This document shows positions 31,000 to 39,235 of a stretch of 64,000 bases of DNA, in pieces. The notes beneath the pieces are model-generated. The model was not told where the DNA came from. It saw nothing but the letters and a program-made list of their open reading frames with translations, and searched no databases. Position numbers and translations under genes: made by a program. The DNA comes from Candidatus Aegiribacteria sp. MLS_C (GTDB lineage: Bacteria; Fermentibacterota; Fermentibacteria; Fermentibacterales; JCC-6), in NCBI GenBank assembly GCA_002030045.1, contig LQBI01000034.1:41157-105156 (forward strand), read 5' to 3'. Positions within the stretch are counted from its first letter, which is position 1. Each line of letters starts with the position of its first letter.

Positions 31000-32136
31000 T
31001 TGTTTGAGGGCTTCGGGACCGGACTGACCCTGGGACTCGCCACCGGTACCGCCTGCCTGGCCTCGTGCGGGCCCATATACGCATCCTACCTCATGGCGGA
31101 GAAAAGGACCGGTCTGCAGCCTCTCTGGGTGGTGCTGAAACTGAACGCGGGCAGGTTCCTGGCCTACGCCATCTTCGGAGCCATCGTGGGCTACCTGGGC
31201 GGAAGCATCCCCGTATCCGTCAGGGTGCCCATGGCGCTCTCCGGATACATCCTCTTCTCCATATACCTGCTAATGTCCGTTGTCCGCGTACGCAAGACAT
31301 GCACCGGATGCCATGCCGGCAGGTTCATCAGGATAACTCGCAGTTCCTTCCTTCTCGGTGTGCTCACCGGCTTCTCCATCTGTCCTGCCTTCCTGATAGC
31401 CCTCACCAGGGCCTTCGATTCCAGCGGTCCGCTGAACGGCATGATGATGTTCACCGGCTTCTTCGCCGGAACCACAGTATACATGCTTCCCTTCGCCCTC
31501 TTCGGTCTTCTCACGATGAAGGACTGGATAACCAGGGCGGCGAGGGTCATAGCGGTGGTCGTCGCCGTCTACTTCATGGCCGTGGGGATACGGGGCCTGG
31601 CGGGATGGATCACAAGGCCGGAGGTGAGGGAGACCGGCGCCAATGCCGCCGTGGAGGACTCCCACCTTACCGGGGACGAGGCTGGATCGATATTCGCCAT
31701 CGAGGATGCGGATACCCTCTATGTGTTCGCCTTAACCGACGACCCTACCGATGCCGGCACTCGGCTGGCGCAGGACATGCAGGCGGATTTCCTTCCTCCC
31801 CGTCGAGTTGTCGAGGCTTCCGCGGAGGACTGCACAGAACGGATACTTACCATACCCCAGCTTTCCGCCGTCATAGTCCCTGCATGGGTCGATCCGAGGT
31901 ACGGAGCGGAACTCGAGCCCTGGCAGGAGGGACTGGCGGCCCTGGTGCGGGAGAGGCGGCTAAGGGCTTTCGCCGTGGAGTACCAGCCATACTGCTCCGA
32001 CAGGTACAGGGGCATCGAGTCCTTCCTGGAGAGGTACAGTTTCAGGACCGATCCCGATTCGGGTTTCGTTTTCCTGATGCTGAACCCCCTGGCCTGTTCC
32101 CCTGCGGAGTGTTCGACCTGCGACATTCCCCATTAG
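31000..32136 (+). CDS. Polytopic inner-membrane protein, DsbD_2/CcdA-like, with about 170-aa C-terminal extra domain
   Basis: TTG start after GAGAGG. TM1 motif GTACLASCGPIY resembles the HCxxMCGP signature of the DsbD_2 family. About 6 TM helices; tail ends CSPAECSTCDIPH. Confidence 0.6.
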   Translation: MFEGFGTGLTLGLATGTACLASCGPIYASYLMAEKRTGLQPLWVVLKLNAGRFLAYAIFGAIVGYLGGSIPVSVRVPMALSGYILFSIYLLMSVVRVRKTCTGCHAGRFIRITRSSFLLGVLTGFSICPAFLIALTRAFDSSGPLNGMMMFTGFFAGTTVYMLPFALFGLLTMKDWITRAARVIAVVVAVYFMAVGIRGLAGWITRPEVRETGANAAVEDSHLTGDEAGSIFAIEDADTLYVFALTDDPTDAGTRLAQDMQADFLPPRRVVEASAEDCTERILTIPQLSAVIVPAWVDPRYGAELEPWQEGLAALVRERRLRAFAVEYQPYCSDRYRGIESFLERYSFRTDPDSGFVFLMLNPLACSPAECSTCDIPH

Positions 32137-32175
32137 ATTAACCCTGTGGACTTGCCGGCAATTCATCCCTAAGGA

Positions 32176-33384
32176 GTGAAGATGTTCGAGAAGGCTTCCA
32201 GCGGTTATTCCGGACCGAAGATCAAATCCGACTGCCTGGTCACCTATGAGAGTTCCGCCGATGGTCTTGCCGTGGCCATCACGGGAGAGGCTGACACCGG
32301 GCCCCTGGAGGTCGCAGTAAGGCGCACCGCCTCCAGGATGGGTATAGATACGGGAAGAGTGACGGTGGAGAACTGCGGAGCGGCCCCGTTCACCGCGGCG
32401 GCGCGCTTCGAGGCTTCGGCCAGGAAGGTTCTCGGCGACGCTTTTCCACTTCCTCCGGCCGTGCGGACGCCGGAGCCTTCGCTCCGCGACAGGCCCAGGA
32501 GGTCCAGGCTTTACGTTCCGGGCAACATGCCCAGGTTCATCGAGAAAGCGCTGGGATCCGGCGCCGACGGTATAATCCTGGACCTGGAGGACAGTATATC
32601 GCCGGACCGCAAGCAGGAGGCCCGAATAATGGTGGCCCACGCCCTGGCCACCATGGACTTCGGCGACATGGAGGTCATGGTCCGCATCAACCAGGGGGAT
32701 GCGGGGCGTGAGGACCTTGAATGGATCGTCCCGCAGCCCGTGCAGCACATACTGATCCCCAAGGTCGAGATACCTGAGCAAGTTATCGAGGTCAGCGGTC
32801 AGATCGGCGGCATAGCGGCGCGGTGCGGCCGCGATCCCCTGATCTGGCTTATGCCAATCATCGAGAGCCCCCTGGGGATTTTCAACGCCCTGGACATAGC
32901 CAGGTCCGTCCCCGGGAGGATGGCGGCGCTCACCCTCGGGCTCCAGGATCTCTCCGCGGAGATGGGTGTCGTGCCCACCACCGAAGGAACCGAGAGCTTC
33001 ACCGCCAGGAGCCTGGTGATACTGGCCGCCAGGGCGGGAGGCCTGCAGCCCATCGATACGGTTTACGCGGACGTGAAGAACGAGGAGGGGCTGCGGGAGT
33101 CCGTCAGCAGGGCCGGGGCCCTGGGCTTCGTGGGCAAGGGCTGCATCCATCCCGACCAGGTCCCGGTGATAAACGAGGGATTCCTTCCCGACAGGGACTC
33201 CGTGCACAGGGCGAGGAAGATAGTAATGGCCATGGAGGAAGCTACAAGGAAGGGGCTTGGAGCCGTCGCCCTTGGCTCGAAGATGATAGACCCGCCGGTG
33301 GCGAGGCAGGCCCAGGTGCTGGTGGACAACGCGGTCAGGCTTGGCCTCATCTCCGTTGACTGGCGCAGCGAGGAGGAGGAATGA
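32176..33384 (+). CDS. Fusion of citrate-lyase ACP-like (CitD) domain and citryl-CoA lyase beta-subunit-like (CitE/HpcH) domain
   Basis: The N-terminal 95 aa align to the CitD pattern (IKSDCLV..., ...ENCGAAPFTAAARFEA). The rest is CitE-like (RSRLYVPGN...DGIILDLEDS...). Confidence 0.7.
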   Translation: MKMFEKASSGYSGPKIKSDCLVTYESSADGLAVAITGEADTGPLEVAVRRTASRMGIDTGRVTVENCGAAPFTAAARFEASARKVLGDAFPLPPAVRTPEPSLRDRPRRSRLYVPGNMPRFIEKALGSGADGIILDLEDSISPDRKQEARIMVAHALATMDFGDMEVMVRINQGDAGREDLEWIVPQPVQHILIPKVEIPEQVIEVSGQIGGIAARCGRDPLIWLMPIIESPLGIFNALDIARSVPGRMAALTLGLQDLSAEMGVVPTTEGTESFTARSLVILAARAGGLQPIDTVYADVKNEEGLRESVSRAGALGFVGKGCIHPDQVPVINEGFLPDRDSVHRARKIVMAMEEATRKGLGAVALGSKMIDPPVARQAQVLVDNAVRLGLISVDWRSEEEE

Positions 33385-33923
33385 TGCAGTGCCCGAAGTG
33401 TCATGTGGAACTGAAGTCGGCGGAACTGCTTGGAGTCCGGATAGATGCATGCCCTTCCTGCGGGGGCAGTTTCTTCGACAGGAACGAGCTGAGGCAGGCC
33501 AGGAACCAGGCGGACAGCGATCTGGCCTGGATGGAGTTCGACCTCTGGAAGGAGACGGATTCCTTCCACGTGGCCAGGGAATCCATCACCTGTCCATCCT
33601 GCGGCGAGAAGATGGCCACTATCGGATACGCCGACACCGGCGTCCAGATCGACTACTGCAGGGACTGCGGAGGTATCTGGCTGGACAGCGGGGAGTTCCC
33701 CAGGATAATAAAGGAACTCGAGAAGGACCTGGACAGCATGACGGTCTCGGAGTACCTCAAGGAGAGCGTCCGGGAAATGGAGGAGCTGATAGGGGCAGAT
33801 GAGAACCTGGGTGAGGAATGGAAGCACTTCAGGACCGTCCTCAAGCTCCTCGAGTACAGGGTGCTGGCGGAACACCGCACCCTTGCAAGGATAATAGAGA
33901 ACTTCCGGAGCCCCTTCGGCTGA
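33381..33923 (+). CDS. Double TFIIB-type zinc-ribbon protein with helical C-terminal domain
   Basis: MQCPKC...CPSCGGSFFDRNEL and CPSCG...CRDCGGIWLDSGEF. ATGA overlap with the previous gene. Confidence 0.7.
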   Translation: MMQCPKCHVELKSAELLGVRIDACPSCGGSFFDRNELRQARNQADSDLAWMEFDLWKETDSFHVARESITCPSCGEKMATIGYADTGVQIDYCRDCGGIWLDSGEFPRIIKELEKDLDSMTVSEYLKESVREMEELIGADENLGEEWKHFRTVLKLLEYRVLAEHRTLARIIENFRSPFG

Positions 33924-34736
33924 TCAGCCCCCTGCCGCCCTGGCCCGAACGCTGAACATCAGCGGGACAAGGTCCAGTTCCCCGGGCATCCGCCACCTTC
34001 CGTAGCCGCACTCCGTCATGGATGGCAGGGCCTTCCACGGCAGGTACTTGTGCTCGTGCATGAACTCTATTCTGAGACCGGCCCCCAGAAGGGCGTTGAC
34101 CACGTCACTCACTGTCCACTGCCATTCCCACGAGGGAGACCTGACGACGTACCCGTCCCCGGCGTAGTCCGGGCAGTCCCCCGGCCATTTCACCGGATCC
34201 GTCCTGTGGAAGTAGTCGTACTTCACTCTCAGGCCTTCCGACTCATCGTCGAAGACGTTCAGGAACGGGTGCCCCTCCATGATGTAGAAGGTCCCTCCGG
34301 GCTTCAGGAACGACCTTGCGATACTCGCCCATGCCTCCAGGTCCGACAGCCAGCACAGGACACCCACCGATGTGTAGACGATGTCGAAGGTATCGCTGAG
34401 CACCCCGGGAAGGTCGTATACACTTGACCGGATGAACCTGGCCTTCAGACCGCATTTTTCGGCCAGGCGGCCCGCCACCTCCAGGGAGACCGGTGAGATA
34501 TCCACACCTGTGACTGAGGCTCCAAGCCTGGCCCAGGAGAGAGTGTCGGTGCCGATGTGGCACTGCAGATGGAGAAGGCTCCTGCCGGCCACGTCGCCCA
34601 CCTCGCGAAGCTGTACCTCGTCTATAAGGTGTCCGCCATCCAGGAGCCTTCCGTACTCGTAGGAACTCTCATGGGCAGAAGCCAGCTCGTCCCAGTGAAC
34701 CCTGTTGCCCTCTTCAGCCTCCGTGGACCTCTGCAT
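33924..34736 (-). CDS. Class I SAM-dependent methyltransferase
   Basis: LLHLQCHIGTDTLSWARLGASVTGVDIS motif I. Start set at MQRSTEAE, 10 nt after the upstream stop. Confidence 0.8.
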   Translation of the reverse strand: MQRSTEAEEGNRVHWDELASAHESSYEYGRLLDGGHLIDEVQLREVGDVAGRSLLHLQCHIGTDTLSWARLGASVTGVDISPVSLEVAGRLAEKCGLKARFIRSSVYDLPGVLSDTFDIVYTSVGVLCWLSDLEAWASIARSFLKPGGTFYIMEGHPFLNVFDDESEGLRVKYDYFHRTDPVKWPGDCPDYAGDGYVVRSPSWEWQWTVSDVVNALLGAGLRIEFMHEHKYLPWKALPSMTECGYGRWRMPGELDLVPLMFSVRARAAGG

Positions 34737-34746
34737 GTGCCGGGGG

Positions 34747-36507
34747 CTACAGCCCCTCGCCCCTTCCCTTCGCACTGGCGAGAAGGTCGCCGACGATTGG
34801 GAGCAGAATGATAATCAGCCATCCGAACAGGAACTCCTGTGAACGGAGACCGAAGCTGCCGTAGGGGACGGCTCTCTCGCGGATCTCGCTGAAGATCATC
34901 CAGATGATGCCCATGGGTATGAGCCATCGGATGCAGACGTTCCACCAGATACCTATCTGAAGACCGGAATTGCGGTTGATGTACTGACGCTGCTCCTCGG
35001 CCCCGGTTCCCCATCCTATTATCAGCACCTCTCCCAGCACCACCAGGGTGAGACCGAAGCTGTTCATGAAGTGGTCGGCTATGTCGAGTATATGGATGCC
35101 CATTCCCGTGAGCATCGGTATCCCCAGCAGGAATGAAAGCCCGCCGACGATCAGGTTGGCCTTCCCGTGGGAAGTGTTCCATTTGTCCTTTACTGAAGCG
35201 GTAACCGCCTCCAGCAGGCTGAAGGCCGAATCAACCGCAAGTGTCAGCAGCATCAGGAAAAAGAGCACTCCGAACAGCCTGGCGGCGGGGAGCTGGGTGA
35301 TGATGTGAGGATAGGCAACGAAAGCGAGCCCCGGACCCGAAGATACAACATGGGATACAGGCACACCCAGCGACTCGGCGTGGTGTCCCAGGGCGGAAAA
35401 GACTGCCATGCCGCCGAAGAAGGCCGTGACCGCGTCGGCTATGCCTACGATCATGGCGTTTGCGGCGATGTTGGTCTTCTTCGGCAGGAAGCTGCCGTAT
35501 GCGATCATGATGGCGAAACCCACGCTCAGGCTGAAGAAGACCTGGGATATGGCCGCCAGCCAGAGCTTCCCGCTCATCAGGTTGGACCATACCGGGGTCA
35601 GGTAGAAGGAGAGACCCTGACCGGCACCGGACAGGGAGATACCCCTGATGACGAAGACGACCAGCAGCGCCCAGGGGACCAGCACGGTGAAATAGACCAC
35701 CTTGCTCACGGTCCTGGTGCCCTTCCAGACGGATGCGACTATCCAGATCCAGGCCAGGGAGAAGCCAATGAACAGGGGCCACTTGAAATCACCCATGTCC
35801 CACGGTGAGGAGGTCACTCCCAGGAATTCGTTGAAGAAGAAGTCACCGGGAGAGCCCATGAACGCGTTGGCATCGTCCACGGTGTTGAAACCGTAGAGAT
35901 GTCCGCCGAAGGCCACCAGTATCGTGCCGTAACCGGTCATGTCGCCGGCAGGGTCAGCGCAGACCACGCAGGGCTCGGCGGTGACAGGAGAGACGAAACT
36001 CCTGCCGACGAGGGAATCCGGTACTTCCGCAAGCACCGCCATGTCCTCCAGGTCTGTCTCGGCGATGGCGTAGCGGGTGTCGGCGTAGACCCCTTCCTCC
36101 TGCTCCCAGCCCAGGGTGGCGGCCTCGTAGGTGTAGTTCATGCTCCAGCCCATGATGATGGCGTAGTAGGTGACTATGATGAAGCCTACCCCTGCAGCGA
36201 ACCAGCCGAACCATTCCAGGCGCGGGGTTATCTTCCTGAAGGAGCCGGGAGCCGCCTGCTGGAACTTGTGCCCGATGCTGAACTCCAGCATGAGCAGCGG
36301 TATCCCGGCCAGGAAAAGGCATACGAAGTAGGCCACCAGGAAGGCTCCGCCCCCGTTCTCGTAGGTGATGTACGGGAAACGCCAGATGTTTCCGAGGCCG
36401 ATGGCCGACCCGATGGCGGCCAGGACGAAAGCCGTCCTGCTGTTCCAGGTTTCTCTTATGGCAGCCAAGGTTCTCCCCCTTTTCCCGGTTTCAGGCAATG
36501 GTCGCAC
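34747..36507 (-). CDS. Sodium-dependent transporter, SNF/NSS family, with large extracellular-loop insertion
   Basis: AIGSAIGLGNIWRFPY signature with 11-12 TM helices. About 80 extra residues at aa 136-222. Confidence 0.9.
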   Translation of the reverse strand: MRPLPETGKRGRTLAAIRETWNSRTAFVLAAIGSAIGLGNIWRFPYITYENGGGAFLVAYFVCLFLAGIPLLMLEFSIGHKFQQAAPGSFRKITPRLEWFGWFAAGVGFIIVTYYAIIMGWSMNYTYEAATLGWEQEEGVYADTRYAIAETDLEDMAVLAEVPDSLVGRSFVSPVTAEPCVVCADPAGDMTGYGTILVAFGGHLYGFNTVDDANAFMGSPGDFFFNEFLGVTSSPWDMGDFKWPLFIGFSLAWIWIVASVWKGTRTVSKVVYFTVLVPWALLVVFVIRGISLSGAGQGLSFYLTPVWSNLMSGKLWLAAISQVFFSLSVGFAIMIAYGSFLPKKTNIAANAMIVGIADAVTAFFGGMAVFSALGHHAESLGVPVSHVVSSGPGLAFVAYPHIITQLPAARLFGVLFFLMLLTLAVDSAFSLLEAVTASVKDKWNTSHGKANLIVGGLSFLLGIPMLTGMGIHILDIADHFMNSFGLTLVVLGEVLIIGWGTGAEEQRQYINRNSGLQIGIWWNVCIRWLIPMGIIWMIFSEIRERAVPYGSFGLRSQEFLFGWLIIILLPIVGDLLASAKGRGEGL

Positions 36508-36574
36508 GAATATGGTAATTTACTGCTAACGAAAGCCTGGTCCGGTCAAGTGCCGGGAAGCACATGGAAACCTG

Positions 36575-38230
36575 TCAGTGGGGCGGGAACTCCAGATCCC
36601 GGGTCTCGGGGTCGTCGCAGGACCTGGGAAGACGCTTGCGGGTGATTCGTCTCCAGAGGCCTATCCTGCCCAGGAAGCTGAGTATGGCGCCGTAGAAGCA
36701 CAGGTACTTGCAGAAGAACCTCGGGAAGAAGATCAGTACGGTTATGGTGATAATGGCGATAGTTAGCGAGCCGACGATGAAGAACGAGAAGATCGTGTGG
36801 AAGGGATCGATGCTGCAGAAGAAGGCCTGTGGCTGGAGGTCGTGGAAGTACCCGCTGCTGGCCAGGATGATGAACCCGAAGAAGAGCAGCGCCAGCAGAT
36901 ACCTGAAGCCGGACAAGACAAGGTGGACCTTGTGGGGGAACCTGGGAGGCCTGGGAACATGCAGCTTGCCCAGCAGGTCCTGAAGGGCGCCGAAGGGGCA
37001 GACCCAGCCGCAGAAGACCCTGTCGAAGAAGGCGCTCCAGAGCATCGGCAGTATGAGCACCCCGATGCCCAGTATGCCCAGGAATGCAAGCCCCATGGGC
37101 AGGAACGCATACTGCACCAGGCCGATGGGACAGTAGCACCCCTGTACCAGGAAACCGAGCACCGCGAGGGAGATGATCTGGACGGTCATGTGGGCCAGCT
37201 TCCTCTTTTTCCTCTGCGCTCTGCCGAGCCCGCAGAGGCGGTTCTTGAGGATGGTGGACGCGAGGAGCAGGACCGCGGTCACGACCAGTATTATGAGCGT
37301 CCTGGTCATTCCTCCGCCGGAGGGGTTCCTGCAGCCGCTCCATCCCATGTAATGAGCGCACAGACGGTTCTCGGGAGTCGGGCACGCGGCTTCGGGCGGC
37401 AGCCCCAGAGGGCATCCGCCTGCAACCTGAACCAGGTTGTAGGCGCGGCCATGGACATTCATCCGAAGGGTAGAGGCGGTATCCCTGGGCGGCACTCCGG
37501 GATTGTCGCAGAAGGAATCGGAATTCGCGTCGGTATACAATGCGCATGAAGGACTGTCCTCAGGACAGGCCTCCTCGGGGGTGAAACCCAGGGGACATGC
37601 GACGAGTGGAGAGCTTACCTCCTCTATCGTGATGGTGTCCACGAAGACGGAGTCCTCCGAGATCTCTATCTGTATCTCCTCGGTGATCCTGGATGAATCC
37701 GTCAGCCTCTCGTGCAGTTCCCAGACGATGCAGGGGTAGCCGGCAACGGTCTCGCCCCTGGGGTCAACGCAGTAGAGGTTCCCCTGGTCGTTGCTGAGCA
37801 CCACGATCCTGTCCCCTATCGTGGCCTGCCGCAGGTCGCCCTCCGGATGCTCCGGTGATGCGCCGGCGGGGGCAGCGTCCTCCGGTTCCTCCTCGAGGAT
37901 GTCTTCCGGAAGCTCCGGGACCGATAGGGCCGAGGTGTCCGGGTCCGGTTCCTCGAACGCGGCCTCGGGAAGCGTATCGGAGAACGGCTCTTCGATGGTT
38001 GTGTCTGCATGAATGATGGAGGTGTCCTGGTCCGCTTCCTCGACTCCATCGGCGTCCGTTCCGGACGGCTGGGGACCCGGGTTGTCGCAGAGCGCGTTCC
38101 CGTCGTCATCGGTGTAGAGAGCACAGGTGGGGTTCTCCTCCGGACATGCCTGGTCAGGAGTGAAGCCCAGAGGACACTGGCCAAGGCAAAGAGCTGCAAA
38201 GACAAGAACCGCGACCTCGGAAATCCTCAT
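36575..38230 (-). CDS. Membrane Fe-S protein (NapH/NosR-type Fer4_5 motifs) with Cys-rich repeat ectodomain
   Basis: Signal peptide, three CPLG-x2-P-x3-CP...C...C-x-NP repeats, then TM region with FCGWVCPFGALQD and FFCKYLCFYGAIL. Confidence 0.7.
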   Translation of the reverse strand: MRISEVAVLVFAALCLGQCPLGFTPDQACPEENPTCALYTDDDGNALCDNPGPQPSGTDADGVEEADQDTSIIHADTTIEEPFSDTLPEAAFEEPDPDTSALSVPELPEDILEEEPEDAAPAGASPEHPEGDLRQATIGDRIVVLSNDQGNLYCVDPRGETVAGYPCIVWELHERLTDSSRITEEIQIEISEDSVFVDTITIEEVSSPLVACPLGFTPEEACPEDSPSCALYTDANSDSFCDNPGVPPRDTASTLRMNVHGRAYNLVQVAGGCPLGLPPEAACPTPENRLCAHYMGWSGCRNPSGGGMTRTLIILVVTAVLLLASTILKNRLCGLGRAQRKKRKLAHMTVQIISLAVLGFLVQGCYCPIGLVQYAFLPMGLAFLGILGIGVLILPMLWSAFFDRVFCGWVCPFGALQDLLGKLHVPRPPRFPHKVHLVLSGFRYLLALLFFGFIILASSGYFHDLQPQAFFCSIDPFHTIFSFFIVGSLTIAIITITVLIFFPRFFCKYLCFYGAILSFLGRIGLWRRITRKRLPRSCDDPETRDLEFPPH

Positions 38231-38336
38231 CTACAATGTCCTCGTTATGGTAACGCGTGACCCTCCGGAGGAGACTGGATGAATATCAGGAAAACCGGCC
38301 GCTCCGGCCAGGAGCGACCGGTAACTGCAGGACCGC

Positions 38337-38834
38337 TTAAATGAACGAGGCCTTGATCTCACCGAAGGTTGAGCTGCTGAGGTCCAGGGTCCCGTTGATC
38401 TTCAGGTGCGGCACATTCTCGTTGCTAACGGAAGCCTGCTGCTCGTTGTAGAGACCGAAGATGCAGCGGGTGCCGGTACCGGCCCAGCTCCAGGAATAAA
38501 GTGAGCCTGCACCCGAAGACCATTCAACCTCGATCAGGAGGTTCTCGTCGCCGCTGTACCAGTAGGGGGTGTCCAGCGTCACGTCGAACCAGCCACCCAC
38601 GGGGACCACCGGTGTGATGTAGGGGGAATCGCTGAGGACAAGCGTCCTGGTCCCGGGAATATAGTTGTCATCGAAAGTGGTGCCGAGTTCATCGCCGGCG
38701 CAGAGTCCGATATAGACCTTCAGATCGTTGAACGTTCCCTGATCCTCGGGGGAGGGGAACCTCCTCCAGGAGAAACTCTCTATCTCGATGGCGTCGCCTA
38801 TCTCACTCGCGAGCACTACCACCTGGTAGCGCAT
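38337..38834 (-). CDS. Hypothetical beta-rich protein ending in TFGEIKASFI; may extend upstream through an in-frame TGA to 38954
   Basis: 165-aa ORF from MRYQVVV. The same frame upstream encodes a signal peptide (38954-38847) separated only by the TGA at 38846-38844. Confidence 0.6.
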   Translation of the reverse strand: MRYQVVVLASEIGDAIEIESFSWRRFPSPEDQGTFNDLKVYIGLCAGDELGTTFDDNYIPGTRTLVLSDSPYITPVVPVGGWFDVTLDTPYWYSGDENLLIEVEWSSGAGSLYSWSWAGTGTRCIFGLYNEQQASVSNENVPHLKINGTLDLSSSTFGEIKASFI

Positions 38835-38846
38835 GCTTAATGATCA
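38813..38846 (-). other. In-frame UGA plus SECIS-like hairpin (candidate selenocysteine recoding site)
   Basis: UGA, then an 11-nt spacer, then GCGCUACC-AGGU-GGUAGUGC (8-bp stem including one G-U, GGU in loop). Context W-C-G-S-UGA gives CxxU. Confidence 0.35.
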
Positions 38847-39048
38847 AGAACCGCACCAGGGCTCGTTCTGACCGAAGTCGGAACTCCCTATCTCTATCGT
38901 GCTGGCCAGGCCGAGACACGCGATGACAACCAGCAAAGTCCCTGTCATCCTCAATTTGTACTCCCATCATCAAAGGTTTCCGTCATCACATAGTATACGA
39001 ATATAGCATGCTTTTGTTCCCGGGCAATGTTTCTGGAAACGCTCCTCC

Positions 39049-39077
39049 TTGACATTCTGCACGAAAGATGAATATTT
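39049..39077 (+). promoter_or_regulatory. Sigma70-like promoter for tRNA-Asp
   Basis: TTGACA, a 16-17 nt spacer, then AATATT/ATATTT, about 18 nt upstream of the tRNA 5' end. Confidence 0.45.
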
Positions 39078-39094
39078 GCATCCCTAATCGGAGC

Positions 39095-39171
39095 GGTCCG
39101 GTAGTTCAATTGGTTAGAGCACCGGCCTGTCACGCCGGAAGTTGCGAGTTCGAGTCTCGTCCGGACCGCCA
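39095..39171 (+). tRNA. tRNA-Asp (anticodon GTC), encoded CCA
   Basis: GGTCCGG/CCGGACC acceptor, CCGGC-CTGTCAC-GCCGG anticodon arm, GCGAG-TTCGAGT-CTCGT T-arm. 77 nt. Confidence 0.9.
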
Positions 39172-39182
39172 TTGCATATAGA

Positions 39183-39210
39183 GGCCCCCGCATGGCGGGG
39201 GTTTTCTGTT
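39183..39210 (+). terminator. Rho-independent terminator after tRNA-Asp
   Basis: CCCCCGC-ATG-GCGGGGG followed by TTTTCTGTTT. Confidence 0.7.
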
Positions 39211-39235
39211 TGTGACGCTGAACCAGTGCGGGGGA

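Noticed and set aside
31300-31314. CTGCH (CxxCH haem-c motif) in the DsbD_2-like membrane protein
   Set aside because: It is a single occurrence in an Arg/Lys-rich loop (VRVRKTCTGCHAGRFIR) predicted to be cytoplasmic by the positive-inside rule. Haem attachment is periplasmic. It is more likely a thiol or metal site, or coincidence.
38844-38846. Genome-wide reassignment of TGA (for example to Gly or Trp)
   Set aside because: Many well-supported genes in the window (GT2 at 14758, katG, meaB, ferredoxin genes) terminate at TGA with normal-length products.
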